NCBI GenBank assembly: GCA_013359445.1 | Contig: JABWBV010000002.1 | Location: forward strand, 1 to 45,883 | DNA from: Anaerolineales bacterium | Lineage (GTDB): Bacteria > Chloroflexota > Anaerolineae > Anaerolineales > JABWBV01 | DNA: 45,883 nucleotides | Reading direction: 5' to 3' | Part shown: positions 36,384-45,647 of the stretch, piece by piece | Position numbering within the stretch: position 1 is the stretch's first letter | How the letters are laid out: the number at the start of each line of letters is the position of its first letter | Program-made: the position numbers and the translations under genes | Notes under the pieces: model-generated | Seen by the model: the letters and a program-made list of their open reading frames with translations, nothing else | The model's database searches: none | Told to the model about the DNA's origin: nothing

Positions 36384-38012
36384 TTACCCTTCCCCGCCTC
36401 CGTGCATATGGCAATACATCGCCCCCTCCCGCGCCCGATTGCGGCACGGTTGCCCGGCTTTGGTCACCCCCTGACAGTGTCCGTTGGCGGATGGGATGGG
36501 GGCAGTTTTGGTGGCGCGGGCGGCTTTGAGCGATTCGACCGCTTGGGTCAAATTTTCTAATTGTTTGTGTAATTCGTTCACCATTTCTTTGGTGGGGGCC
36601 ACGGCTCCGGCGACAAATTTCAGGCGGGCGACTTTGGCCTTCATCCCGTTAAATTCCTCGTGGAATTCCTCGACGATGGTTTCGGGGTCGGGGACGAGGC
36701 CGGCGTCGGTTGCCACGCCCAGGAGCACTTCCCCCGCGTAACTCAGGATGCTGATGCCCAGGCCCAGCCGCCCCGATTGGGGAACCCAAAACATCAGGCG
36801 TTTGATCGGTTTACCCGCCAGATAAATGGTTTCGCGCGGGCCGGGCACGTTGGTCATTACGGCGGTGGCTTTCTTTTCAAAAATGTCAACCACGATATTT
36901 TCGATTTCGGTGGGGGTCATGCCCATGGCGGTCAGGATGCCAAATGCGACGGCGGGTTCGGTGGACCCCTTCAACGCGTCCATGCGGCGTTTGAGTTCGT
37001 AGAGACGGTCAATGCTGTCTTCGATGCCAATGGGAAGCGAAACAAATACCAGCCCAAATTTGTTCCCCAATTCGATAGGCCCTTCCAACGGGCGTAAATT
37101 GACGGGGACCGCCGCGCGGATGTTTAGCCCGTCTACCGCTTCCCCGTGGCGGACGAGATACCGGCGTAAGCCCCCGGCCATCGCGGTGAGCAAAACGTCA
37201 TTGACGGTGCCGCCCGTCGCTTTGCCGACCGCTTTGACCTCGGCGAGAGAAATCGGGGCTGACCAGGCGGCTTTTTTGGCGACGTTGAGGCGGCCTTTGA
37301 AGGCGGTTTTTGGATCGGGTGTGCGGAGGACGAGACGGGCCAACGAGACGATGCCATCGGCCCCTAATTTGGTCAGGTCTACGATTTTTTCGGGGGCGCG
37401 GATCATTTCTAGCCCTTCGTGGGCGACGGCTTCGGTTAATTTTTGGGCGGCTTGGGCAGATTTTTGGGCACGGCGTAACATGCCGGCCAGGGGGCTTCGA
37501 CGGGGGCGGTTGGCTCGGGCCGCGGCGAGACGCCAGGGGGCGGTTTCGCTATCATCCGCCAGGGATAGCAGGACGCGGATGAGGGCTACGCCATCTCCAA
37601 TGCTGTGGTGCAAACGCGAGAACAAGGCACTGTCCCCATCTCCATAATTTTCGATGAAATGGTATTCCCAAAGGGGTTTGGAGAAGTCTAATTGGGTGCT
37701 CATTAACCGGCTGGACAGGTCTTGGAGCGCGGCTTGATCGGGGACGTGGGGGGTGAATCGGTAAAGATGGTCGCGAATGTCAAAGTTGGGGACGGTTTCC
37801 CAGTAGGGCGAACTCAGTGGGTTGGTGGGTTGGACCGCGCGTTGGCGGAAGCGTTCGTATGGGAGCAGACGTTCTTCCAAAACGGCGGTGAGTTGCTCGA
37901 AATCCACTTTTCCCTCAAAAGTCATCACGCCACTGATCATCATTAAATTGGTGGGGTGTTCCATGTGTAGCCAGGCGGTATCAACGTTGGAAACTTTTTC
38001 TCGTTTGGGCAT
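36384..38012 (-). CDS. Wax ester synthase/diacylglycerol acyltransferase (WS/DGAT) with C-terminal coil and CCCH motif
   Basis: HHSIGDG catalytic motif, KPLWEYH, GTVNDV, VPVNLR, TNVPGP, SYAG; GAGGAGG RBS. Confidence 0.92.
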   Translation of the reverse strand: MPKREKVSNVDTAWLHMEHPTNLMMISGVMTFEGKVDFEQLTAVLEERLLPYERFRQRAVQPTNPLSSPYWETVPNFDIRDHLYRFTPHVPDQAALQDLSSRLMSTQLDFSKPLWEYHFIENYGDGDSALFSRLHHSIGDGVALIRVLLSLADDSETAPWRLAAARANRPRRSPLAGMLRRAQKSAQAAQKLTEAVAHEGLEMIRAPEKIVDLTKLGADGIVSLARLVLRTPDPKTAFKGRLNVAKKAAWSAPISLAEVKAVGKATGGTVNDVLLTAMAGGLRRYLVRHGEAVDGLNIRAAVPVNLRPLEGPIELGNKFGLVFVSLPIGIEDSIDRLYELKRRMDALKGSTEPAVAFGILTAMGMTPTEIENIVVDIFEKKATAVMTNVPGPRETIYLAGKPIKRLMFWVPQSGRLGLGISILSYAGEVLLGVATDAGLVPDPETIVEEFHEEFNGMKAKVARLKFVAGAVAPTKEMVNELHKQLENLTQAVESLKAARATKTAPIPSANGHCQGVTKAGQPCRNRAREGAMYCHMHGGGEG

Positions 38013-38380
38013 AGGGCCTCCTCATGGGGATGATTAAGAGCTTGTCGGTCAGTTAGGGACGTATCTTCTTTGATCCTGAGCAGTTACCTGGTAGGAACGC
38101 CAGGAAATTTTAAGGTTACAGGAATTGTACCGCGAAGTGATAAAACTTCTGATCGGTTGGGGCTAAGTCACACGTTCGTTTTGGGAATGGTACCCAACCA
38201 GATGGGGACGCGAAAAACTGGCGCGTGTAATGGCGGCATGAGTATTTGAAATGTTTGCCGAATTGGGGGAGGAGCATTGTTATTCTGGCAATTTCTCTGA
38301 AACGAAGGCAGAATTTCTTCACAGGGGTAATTCGGCTAGAATGAGTGTGGAACCGATGTCTCGTTTTATTTTTTTAGCCA

Positions 38381-38776
38381 ATGTCGAAACCTCTTGCTCT
38401 TGTCATTGAAGATATAAAAGAACAGGCCGTGCTGTTCAGCCAGGCGCTCGAATGGGCGGGGTATGAAACCACCCTGGCTTATGATGGGTTGGATGGGCAA
38501 AAACGCCTCTTCGAGAAAGTTCCTCATCTGATTCTGCTTGATCTGCATATTCCCAAAATTTCCGGCGAAGACTTGCTCCGCCTCATCAAAGAAACTCCTC
38601 TGCTCAAAGAGACCAAAATTGTTTTAGCCACTGGAGATTCTTCTCTGGCCGAAAAATTAAATGAAGAGGCCGATCTTGTTCTGCTCAAGCCAATTGATAT
38701 GTTTCAGTTGAGAGATTTGGCCGCGCGGTTGTTGGTGGAAAAAGCATTAAAACCCTATCCCAAAATGGCCGTTTAG
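38381..38776 (+). CDS. Single-domain response regulator (CheY-like)
   Basis: VIED, ILLDLHIPKISG, ATG, LLKP. Confidence 0.9.
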   Translation: MSKPLALVIEDIKEQAVLFSQALEWAGYETTLAYDGLDGQKRLFEKVPHLILLDLHIPKISGEDLLRLIKETPLLKETKIVLATGDSSLAEKLNEEADLVLLKPIDMFQLRDLAARLLVEKALKPYPKMAV

Positions 38777-39007
38777 GGACCCGTGGGAGGAAAATTCAGG
38801 GCCAGGTCTGCAATGTCAGAATTTCTAAACCTGTGGGGAAATGCAAAACCTGACCCCATTCTTTTGCGTAGGTACACTGAGAATCTTAAATCCCCAAGTA
38901 CAATAGAATCCTGTATAGTAAGCTTTTCCGTACTTCCTCCTTTTGGTGAGTGGTACGTTTTTCCAGATTTACAGTATGGGTTAATCTCTGATTTTTGTGT
39001 CCCCCCT

Positions 39008-39808
39008 ATGAATACCACCGCTTACCGCTACCCAAACGAAATCCTCATTCTCACCGGCACACTCTTCCTCGTTTTTGCCGTTATCCTTCTCACTTCCACC
39101 GCTACCTTTTGTCTGAGTGGGATATTTATTGTCTTCTTTTTTGCGATGGCCTATTTCAGCGTCCGTTCCCATCACAGGGCGCTGATGCAACACGGCTACC
39201 GTGTCACCCATCAAAACGCGCCCAAACTGGCTGAAATTTTGGACGACGCGGCAAACCGGCTCAAAGTTGAACCCGTTGAAGTGTACGTCATCCGTAGCAA
39301 TGCCCTCAACGCCTACACCTTTGGTATCAGCACCCCAAAAGTCATTGTCATCACCGATAGTCTGCTCAAAGTCCTCGACGCGGACGAACTGCAATATGTC
39401 ATCGGCCACGAGATGGGGCATGTCAAACTCGGCCACACCTGGCTCAATTCCATCATCGGCGGCATGGCGGGGATTCCCAGCCCGTACCTGGCGTTTGCCG
39501 TGTTGCATCTTGCGTTTCGCTCCTGGAATCGCGCTTGTGAATTTTCCGCCGACCGCGCGGGCATCCTTGCCAACGGCAATCCCCGCAAAGCGATCACCGC
39601 GCTCATCAAAATTGGTTCCGGAGGCCGCGCCCGCACGGACGCCGAACTCGCGCGAGCCTACGCCGCCCTTGATGCCCAAGACGACACCCTCGCCGGGAAC
39701 TTGGGCGAATTATTGGGCACGCATCCGTTGATGATTAAGCGGATCGAAAAAATTAAGGGGTATGCCGGGTCGAAGCAGTATCGCGACCTCATTTCTCAGA
39801 TTAGATAA
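39008..39808 (+). CDS. M48 family (HtpX-like) zinc metallopeptidase
   Basis: NAYTFG, GHEMGH, CEFSADRAG, THP..IKRI; start taken at MNTTAYRYPNE. Confidence 0.9.
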   Translation: MNTTAYRYPNEILILTGTLFLVFAVILLTSTATFCLSGIFIVFFFAMAYFSVRSHHRALMQHGYRVTHQNAPKLAEILDDAANRLKVEPVEVYVIRSNALNAYTFGISTPKVIVITDSLLKVLDADELQYVIGHEMGHVKLGHTWLNSIIGGMAGIPSPYLAFAVLHLAFRSWNRACEFSADRAGILANGNPRKAITALIKIGSGGRARTDAELARAYAALDAQDDTLAGNLGELLGTHPLMIKRIEKIKGYAGSKQYRDLISQIR

Positions 39809-39820
39809 TCATCAAATGTC

Positions 39821-39850
39821 TTGACCCCTCCACAAACCGTATGGTAAACT
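39821..39850 (+). promoter_or_regulatory. Putative sigma70 promoter of the leader/GNAT/ABC operon
   Basis: TTGACC-N18-TAAACT with extended -10 TGn. Confidence 0.55.
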
Positions 39851-39897
39851 GACTTCACTGGCTCAAAAAGCCTGAATTTTTCAAAGGAGACGCACGC

Positions 39898-39999
39898 GTG
39901 AATTACTGCATGTTCAATAACCTCAATGCTCGCTTCACCAAATCCGCCGTTGGTTTTGGTGGATACGCGCCTTGTCGTAGTGCGTCTGTATGCCGGTAG
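39898..39999 (+). CDS. Putative 33-aa leader (attenuator) peptide
   Basis: AAGGAG at 39884-39889, GTG start; MNYCMFNNLNARFTKSAVGFGGYAPCRSASVCR; 3' part complementary to the downstream terminator. Confidence 0.65.
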   Translation: MNYCMFNNLNARFTKSAVGFGGYAPCRSASVCR

Positions 40000-40019
40000 G
40001 TTAACCCCTCATCTCAACC

Positions 40020-40056
40020 AGCCACGGATGCACCAACGACGCTCCGTGGCTTTTTT
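40020..40056 (+). terminator. Attenuator terminator 1
   Basis: agccacgga-N14-tccgtggct followed by a U-run. Confidence 0.8.
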
Positions 40057-40106
40057 GTTTAATTGGGAACTTTTCGGAATTCGTAGGAATTCATAGGAAC
40101 TTCCCC

Positions 40107-40141
40107 AAAAGCCACGGAACCCAGAACCCCGTGGCTTTTTT
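40107..40141 (+). terminator. Tandem terminator 2 (same stem sequence as terminator 1)
   Basis: aaaagccacgg-N11-ccgtggctttttt. Confidence 0.8.
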
Positions 40142-40313
40142 CGTTAAACATTGAAGGAAGAAAAAATGGAACGCATAAAAATGGTAAGAAAGTAAAGAAA
40201 CAGGAATTTGCAGGAACTTTTGCCCCTCAATTCCCCCATTCTCACAGTGACCCTCCTCACCACTCCCCACACTTCACGAGTCACGCATCATGAATCATTA
40301 GGAACCAAAAATA

Positions 40314-43300
40314 ATGACCTCCTCCGAACAAACCTACACCCTCCACCCCTACCACCCCCGCTTCGCCGCCGGGATGGCCCAAATGTGGAACGAATCCGAT
40401 CACCAGTGGCCGGGAACCTTCACCAAAGGCGTCCCCTTCGACGAACCACGCATCCTGGAATGGATGGAACGCGTCGCCGCCATTATCAAATTTGTCATCG
40501 AAGAAGACCAGACCGGCAAAATCGTCGGCTACGGCGACCTCTGGGAAGAGACCATGCGCCCCGGCGCGTGTTACGTCGCCCTGCTCAACGTCCACCCCGA
40601 TCATCAAGGGCACAGCCTCGCTCGTCGGATGTTGCACGAAATGGTCAACTGGGCGACCGAACACGGCTACGACAAGCTGACCATCGGCACCTGGCCCTCC
40701 AACCTGAAAGCCATGCCGCTCTACAAAAAAGTCGGCTTTTTCTGGCAACCGGGCACCGGCGTCTTCATGGAAAACTACGTCCCCGCCGTGCGCCAGCTCC
40801 CCCTGGCCAAAACCTTCTTCGAGCGCCACGACTGGTACCGCGACTACCAACGCGACCTCAAACAGATCGAAGACGAAATGCGCCACCCCAAAACCGGCGA
40901 TACCAAAGTCTACACCCTCCGTTGGGCCGCCGATGGCGACCTGCTGGAAGCGGTCTTTGATCGCAACGGGCAACGCCTCGCGGGCCTCGCCACCAACGAT
41001 TTCGCCGCGTACACCCGGATCGGGGACAGCGAACCCGCGCAGGGTGTCACCTACCCGGTCGAATGGGAAGTGAGCAACACCACCACCGGAGACCGCGCCC
41101 GCACGATGTCCGTGTCCCTGTTCGCAAGCGGCGACCCCGGCATCGAAGTCACCCACCGTGCGACCTTTGACCTTGCCCCCGGGGAAACCCGTCTCCTCAA
41201 CTCCACCTACCGCGTCGCCCACGACGCCCCCAAGTTCGAGGTGGAGGACCACGAAAGGCTGGTGCCGCGCCTCAACACGCTCTTCGTCGTGGACGGGCAG
41301 GTGGTGGAGTTTGGAAGTGGTCTGCGGTATCGCCCCCCTGTCGAATTCAGCCTCGGCCCGAATGGGATCACCCTGATGCCCGGTCAGGCCAAAACCGTTC
41401 ATTTACAACTGAAAAATCGCACCCAACACCCCCTTGAAGTGGCTGTGACCGTCATCCCCGATCCCACGTTTGGGGTAAATTGGACGCGGGAGCATATCAC
41501 CGTCCCCGCGAAGGGGCAGGCGGGCCTCCCGATCACCCTCACCCCTACGCGGGGTGGCGAAATCCCCCTCACCGTACAAGCCTCGTTCACCATCGAAGGC
41601 CAGGCGATCACCACCCCCGCCAAAATCCTGCCTTTGCTTGCCCTCGAACCAGGTGGGCTGGCGGTTGGGCGGGAGGAAGACGCGTGGCTGGTGGAAAATG
41701 ACTTTTTCCGCTTGCATCTCAAACGCAAAGGGGCCTGGGCCACGCTGACGAATAAAACCACGCGCCAACGCACCGTCCTCTTTGCCGAGGAAATCGGGCC
41801 GCCGTTTGTTCCGTGGGAGTTGGAAGATACGCTCTACGACTTGCACGCGGCGCATGAAAACGGCGCGATTCGCCTGACCGCGCGCGCGGCGTCCGCTCGT
41901 TTCCCCGGCCTGGTGGTCACACGGGAAATGATCGTCACCGCGACCCCGTTGGTGGCGATTCGCCATCGCGTGGTCAACACCGGTTCGGTCTCGCACGAGT
42001 TTCAAATCCGCCCGGGCCTGGAGTTTATGCAGTACGAACACGCCCAATTGACCCTGCCCTTGCGCGAACGCCTGATCCAGGAACATGGTTCAATGTTCGG
42101 CGGTGCCCATCACGACATTCCCGAAGACCTCGCGCGCTTTGCCGAACCCTGGATTGCATATGAGGAAAACGGGCAAGTGGCGGGGGCCATCTGGCCTGCG
42201 AGCACGGAAAAAGTGACGCGAAATTGGGAATTTTTCCTCTTCACGCCCAAACAGACGCTTGCCCCCCAGGAAGTGTTTGAAAGTGATGCTTACCACATCC
42301 TGTGCGGGCCGGGAGATTGGCGCGTCGTCCGCCAGACATGGGCGCGGCTGACGGGCAAGTCCATCGAACCTGTGACTCCCAAACGGCACTTCGAGGTTGA
42401 ACTGACCCCTAACCCGTTGCTCACCCTCGCCGAGGACGTGCATGCCTGCCTCAAACTGACGAACACCCGCAAACTCCCCCTGACCGGCACCGTCAAAGTG
42501 ACCGCGCCCGAAGGGTGGCAGGTCAGTTCCAATGGCGCTTCCACGCAATCCTGCGAAGTCCCCTTCGCCGACCTGACCCACGAAACTCCGGTCGAATGGC
42601 CGGTGCGTTTCCACGGCCTGCCCCAACCCGGCGCGTTTGAAGGCCACCTGCACTTTAACACTCAACGGTTTGACCACACCCAACCCATCACGATCCTCCG
42701 GCTTGGGCGCGGCACAGACGTACATATCACCCCCTCTACGCGCGAAGGGTTCGCCCTCTGGCAGATCAACAACGGTCAAACGGCCTGGGAAATCGCCCCG
42801 GACTTTCACCGCGGCATCATCTCCTGGCGCGAAACGGGTCAAGACACCTCGCACCTCTTCACCTCCTTCCCGCAAGACGGCGAACTGAGTTGGATGAAAC
42901 CCTTCTTCGGCGGTTTGCGCCCCACCCTGTACGACCCCAAAGAGGGCCGCGGCTGGCCGGGCAAACTCCACACCGAAACGTTTACCGCCACCCCCGTGGA
43001 AGGTTCCGACATGCACGGGTTGGCCTGGAAAGGTCTCCGTCTGATCGCCGACCTGCAAAAAGAAAATTGTCGGGGTCTGCGCGCCGAACTGGATTACCTG
43101 ACCCTGCCAGGGAGCAACGTCCTCAAGTTTGTCTTCCGGCTCGTCAATTTGACCAGCACCTATCACATCATGGAACCAGGCCTCCTCATCTTCCCCAGTG
43201 TGGATGGGGATCGAGAACACACCACCCTGCACAACGCCGAACTCCATCGGAAACGCACCGACCAAACCGCCTGGGTGATCTCGGACGGATGGGCCGCCGT

Positions 43301-43511
43301 GGAAAATACCGAAACCGGACGCACCCTGGTCGCCATCCCCGCCAGTGGCAAAAAACAGTCCCAACTGATGGACTGGGGCAACGATGGTGGCAACATGCAC
43401 ATCTTTGACACCACCGAACTGGCCCCCAATGCCACGGCTGAACTCGTCGTTTACCTGGCCCTTGCCGGTTCGCTGGAAGAAGCCCGGCGATACGGCGCAT
43501 TGGCGAAGTAG
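40314..43511 (+). CDS. Large GNAT N-acetyltransferase-domain protein (1065 aa)
   Basis: N-terminal GNAT (LNVHPDHQGHSLARRML, NLKAMPLYKKVGF) followed by about 850 aa of beta-rich domains. Confidence 0.85.
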   Translation: MTSSEQTYTLHPYHPRFAAGMAQMWNESDHQWPGTFTKGVPFDEPRILEWMERVAAIIKFVIEEDQTGKIVGYGDLWEETMRPGACYVALLNVHPDHQGHSLARRMLHEMVNWATEHGYDKLTIGTWPSNLKAMPLYKKVGFFWQPGTGVFMENYVPAVRQLPLAKTFFERHDWYRDYQRDLKQIEDEMRHPKTGDTKVYTLRWAADGDLLEAVFDRNGQRLAGLATNDFAAYTRIGDSEPAQGVTYPVEWEVSNTTTGDRARTMSVSLFASGDPGIEVTHRATFDLAPGETRLLNSTYRVAHDAPKFEVEDHERLVPRLNTLFVVDGQVVEFGSGLRYRPPVEFSLGPNGITLMPGQAKTVHLQLKNRTQHPLEVAVTVIPDPTFGVNWTREHITVPAKGQAGLPITLTPTRGGEIPLTVQASFTIEGQAITTPAKILPLLALEPGGLAVGREEDAWLVENDFFRLHLKRKGAWATLTNKTTRQRTVLFAEEIGPPFVPWELEDTLYDLHAAHENGAIRLTARAASARFPGLVVTREMIVTATPLVAIRHRVVNTGSVSHEFQIRPGLEFMQYEHAQLTLPLRERLIQEHGSMFGGAHHDIPEDLARFAEPWIAYEENGQVAGAIWPASTEKVTRNWEFFLFTPKQTLAPQEVFESDAYHILCGPGDWRVVRQTWARLTGKSIEPVTPKRHFEVELTPNPLLTLAEDVHACLKLTNTRKLPLTGTVKVTAPEGWQVSSNGASTQSCEVPFADLTHETPVEWPVRFHGLPQPGAFEGHLHFNTQRFDHTQPITILRLGRGTDVHITPSTREGFALWQINNGQTAWEIAPDFHRGIISWRETGQDTSHLFTSFPQDGELSWMKPFFGGLRPTLYDPKEGRGWPGKLHTETFTATPVEGSDMHGLAWKGLRLIADLQKENCRGLRAELDYLTLPGSNVLKFVFRLVNLTSTYHIMEPGLLIFPSVDGDREHTTLHNAELHRKRTDQTAWVISDGWAAVENTETGRTLVAIPASGKKQSQLMDWGNDGGNMHIFDTTELAPNATAELVVYLALAGSLEEARRYGALAK

Positions 43512-43617
43512 ACCCATCCCAAAGAACACAGATAGATCAAGGAAACACCAATCCCTGATCTATCTGTGTACCCCTGTCACAAACGAACCTTTCACCCCAT
43601 TAATACTGCCTCAAAAA

Positions 43618-43777
43618 CTACTCTATCTACTCTATCTACTCTATCTACTCTATCTACTCTATCTACCTTTATCTACCTTATCTACCTTATCTACCTTATC
43701 TACCTTATCTACCTTATCTACCTTATCTACCTTATCTACCTTATCTACCTTATCTACCCTATCTACCCTGTTTACCT
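43618..43777. repeat. 9-bp tandem repeat array, about 17 units
   Basis: (tatctactc)x4, tatctacctt, (tatctacct)x9, (tatctaccc)x2, degenerate end. Confidence 0.95.
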
Positions 43778-43798
43778 GTCTCTCCTACAGAAAACCTC

Positions 43799-45544
43799 AT
43801 GAAAATCCCCTTACGAGAATACTGGTCCCTCCTCGGCACCTACCTCCGCCCGCAATGGAAGCGTGCCTCGATCATGCTCGTCCTTCTCCTGGCCTCCATT
43901 GGCTTGCAGTTGTACGTTCCGCAGATCGTGCGCGCGTTCATTGACGGGGCCACGGTGGGGACACCCGTCAGCGAACTGACGCGCCTCGCGGTCCTCTTCC
44001 TTACCCTGGCGCTGATCAAAGAAATCGCCAGCGCCGCCACCACCTACGTCGGGCAGGACGTCCGCTGGCGGGCGACCAACGCGCTTCGACGCGATCTGGC
44101 CCTGCATTGTATGCGGCTGGACATGCGTTTCCACAACCTGAAAACCCCCGGCGAGATGATCGAGCGGGTGGACAGCGACGTGGACGAACTCTCCAACTTC
44201 TTCTCGCACTTTGTCGTCGAGATTATGGGCAACGCCGTCCTCCTCGTCGGGGTGTTGGTTCTGCTCTTTCAGGAAGACCTTCGGATTGGCCTAGCGTTCC
44301 TGGGATTCTGCGTCATCACCGTGCTGATTCTCATCCGCGTCATCCCCTTCGCCGTTGGGCAATGGGAAAAAGCGCGCGAAGCGAACTCCGACCTCTTCGG
44401 GTTCCTCGAAGAGCGGCTCGCCGGAACGGAAGACATCGCCGCGCTCGGCGCGGGGCCGTACATCCTCCGCCGTTTTGCCGAGGCCCTCACCGTGTTTTTG
44501 AACGACACGCGCAAAGCTTGGGTCAAAGGCAGTGTGATCTGGCTCGCCTCGCTCATCACCTTCACGTTCGGGAACATCACCGCCCTCGCGATGGGCGCGT
44601 GGCTCTTTCAACAAGGCGCCATCACCATCGGCGCGGTGTACATCATCTTCCACTATAACGAGATGTTGCGCCGCCCGCTGGAGACCATCACCCGGCAGAT
44701 GCAAGACCTGCAACGCGCGGGGGGAAGCGTTGCCCGGATCAAAGAACTGTTCAACATGGCCTCCACCACCCAAGATGGGACGGGCGAACCGCTCTCGGAC
44801 GGGGCGCTGGCCCTGGCCTTTGACGGCGTCACCTTCAGCTACAACGGCGAAGATGTCACCCTGGCGAACGTGGATTTCCGGCTCGAACCGGGGCAGGTGC
44901 TCGGGCTGTTGGGGCGGACGGGGAGCGGTAAAACGACCATCGCCCGCCTGCTCTTCCGGCTCTACGACCCCACGCAGGGGCGCATCCGCCTGAACGGGGT
45001 GGACCTCCGTGAGCCGAAACTGGATGATGTCCGCGCCCGCGTCGGCATGGTCACGCAGGATGTCCAGTTGTTCCGCGCTACTGTGCGGGACAACCTGACT
45101 TTCTTTGACCGGAGCATTCCCGATGCCCGCGTGGAAGAAGTGCTGAAAGACCTCGGCCTCTGGCACTGGGTTGAATCTCTGCCGGACGGGCTGAACACCG
45201 AACTTGAATCGGACGGCGGTGGCCTGTCGGCGGGGGAGGCCCAACTGTTGGCCTTTACCCGTGTCTTTCTCCATAATCCCGGCCTGGTGATCCTGGACGA
45301 AGCCTCGTCCCGGCTTGACCCGGCCACCGAACAACTTATCGAGCGGGCGGTGGACAAACTTTTTGACAACCGCACCGCCATCATTATCGCCCACCGTCTC
45401 GCGACGGTTCAGCGGGCGGACACCATTATGATCCTTGAAAACGGGCACATCGTCGAACACGGCTCCCGCGAATACCTTGCGACAAACGCCTCTTCCCGGT
45501 TCTTCCAGTTGATGCAAACGGGAATGCAGGAGGTGTTGGCATGA
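43799..45544 (+). CDS. ABC exporter, fused permease/ATP-binding (MdlA/B-like half transporter)
   Basis: TM domain, GRTGSGKT, LSAGEAQLL signature, ILDEA, IAHRL. Confidence 0.95.
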   Translation: MKIPLREYWSLLGTYLRPQWKRASIMLVLLLASIGLQLYVPQIVRAFIDGATVGTPVSELTRLAVLFLTLALIKEIASAATTYVGQDVRWRATNALRRDLALHCMRLDMRFHNLKTPGEMIERVDSDVDELSNFFSHFVVEIMGNAVLLVGVLVLLFQEDLRIGLAFLGFCVITVLILIRVIPFAVGQWEKAREANSDLFGFLEERLAGTEDIAALGAGPYILRRFAEALTVFLNDTRKAWVKGSVIWLASLITFTFGNITALAMGAWLFQQGAITIGAVYIIFHYNEMLRRPLETITRQMQDLQRAGGSVARIKELFNMASTTQDGTGEPLSDGALALAFDGVTFSYNGEDVTLANVDFRLEPGQVLGLLGRTGSGKTTIARLLFRLYDPTQGRIRLNGVDLREPKLDDVRARVGMVTQDVQLFRATVRDNLTFFDRSIPDARVEEVLKDLGLWHWVESLPDGLNTELESDGGGLSAGEAQLLAFTRVFLHNPGLVILDEASSRLDPATEQLIERAVDKLFDNRTAIIIAHRLATVQRADTIMILENGHIVEHGSREYLATNASSRFFQLMQTGMQEVLA

Positions 45545-45647
45545 TACGTGATGCGTGAAACGTGAAACAGAATTCACGCATCACGAGTCACAAACCGACA
45601 CCGTGTTCGGGAATCTTCGCCCTTACAAACGCCCCCGAGGTGTCACC

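Noticed and set aside
39008-39808. M48 peptidase as the IrrE-like partner of the DdrO-like repressor
   Set aside because: It is a membrane HtpX-type enzyme, not the soluble ImmA/IrrE family, and two unrelated genes plus the HEAT gene separate it from the repressor.
43384-43944. ORFs with STL/IYL/LLY repeats (43384-43944, 43566-43802)
   Set aside because: They are translations of the 9-bp tandem array, overlap real genes and have no RBS.
9559-45577. Long antisense ORFs (9559-10503, 22339-23547, 40281-41402, 42090-43529, 44291-45577 and others)
   Set aside because: Shadow frames opposite well-supported genes in high-GC DNA, with no recognisable motifs.
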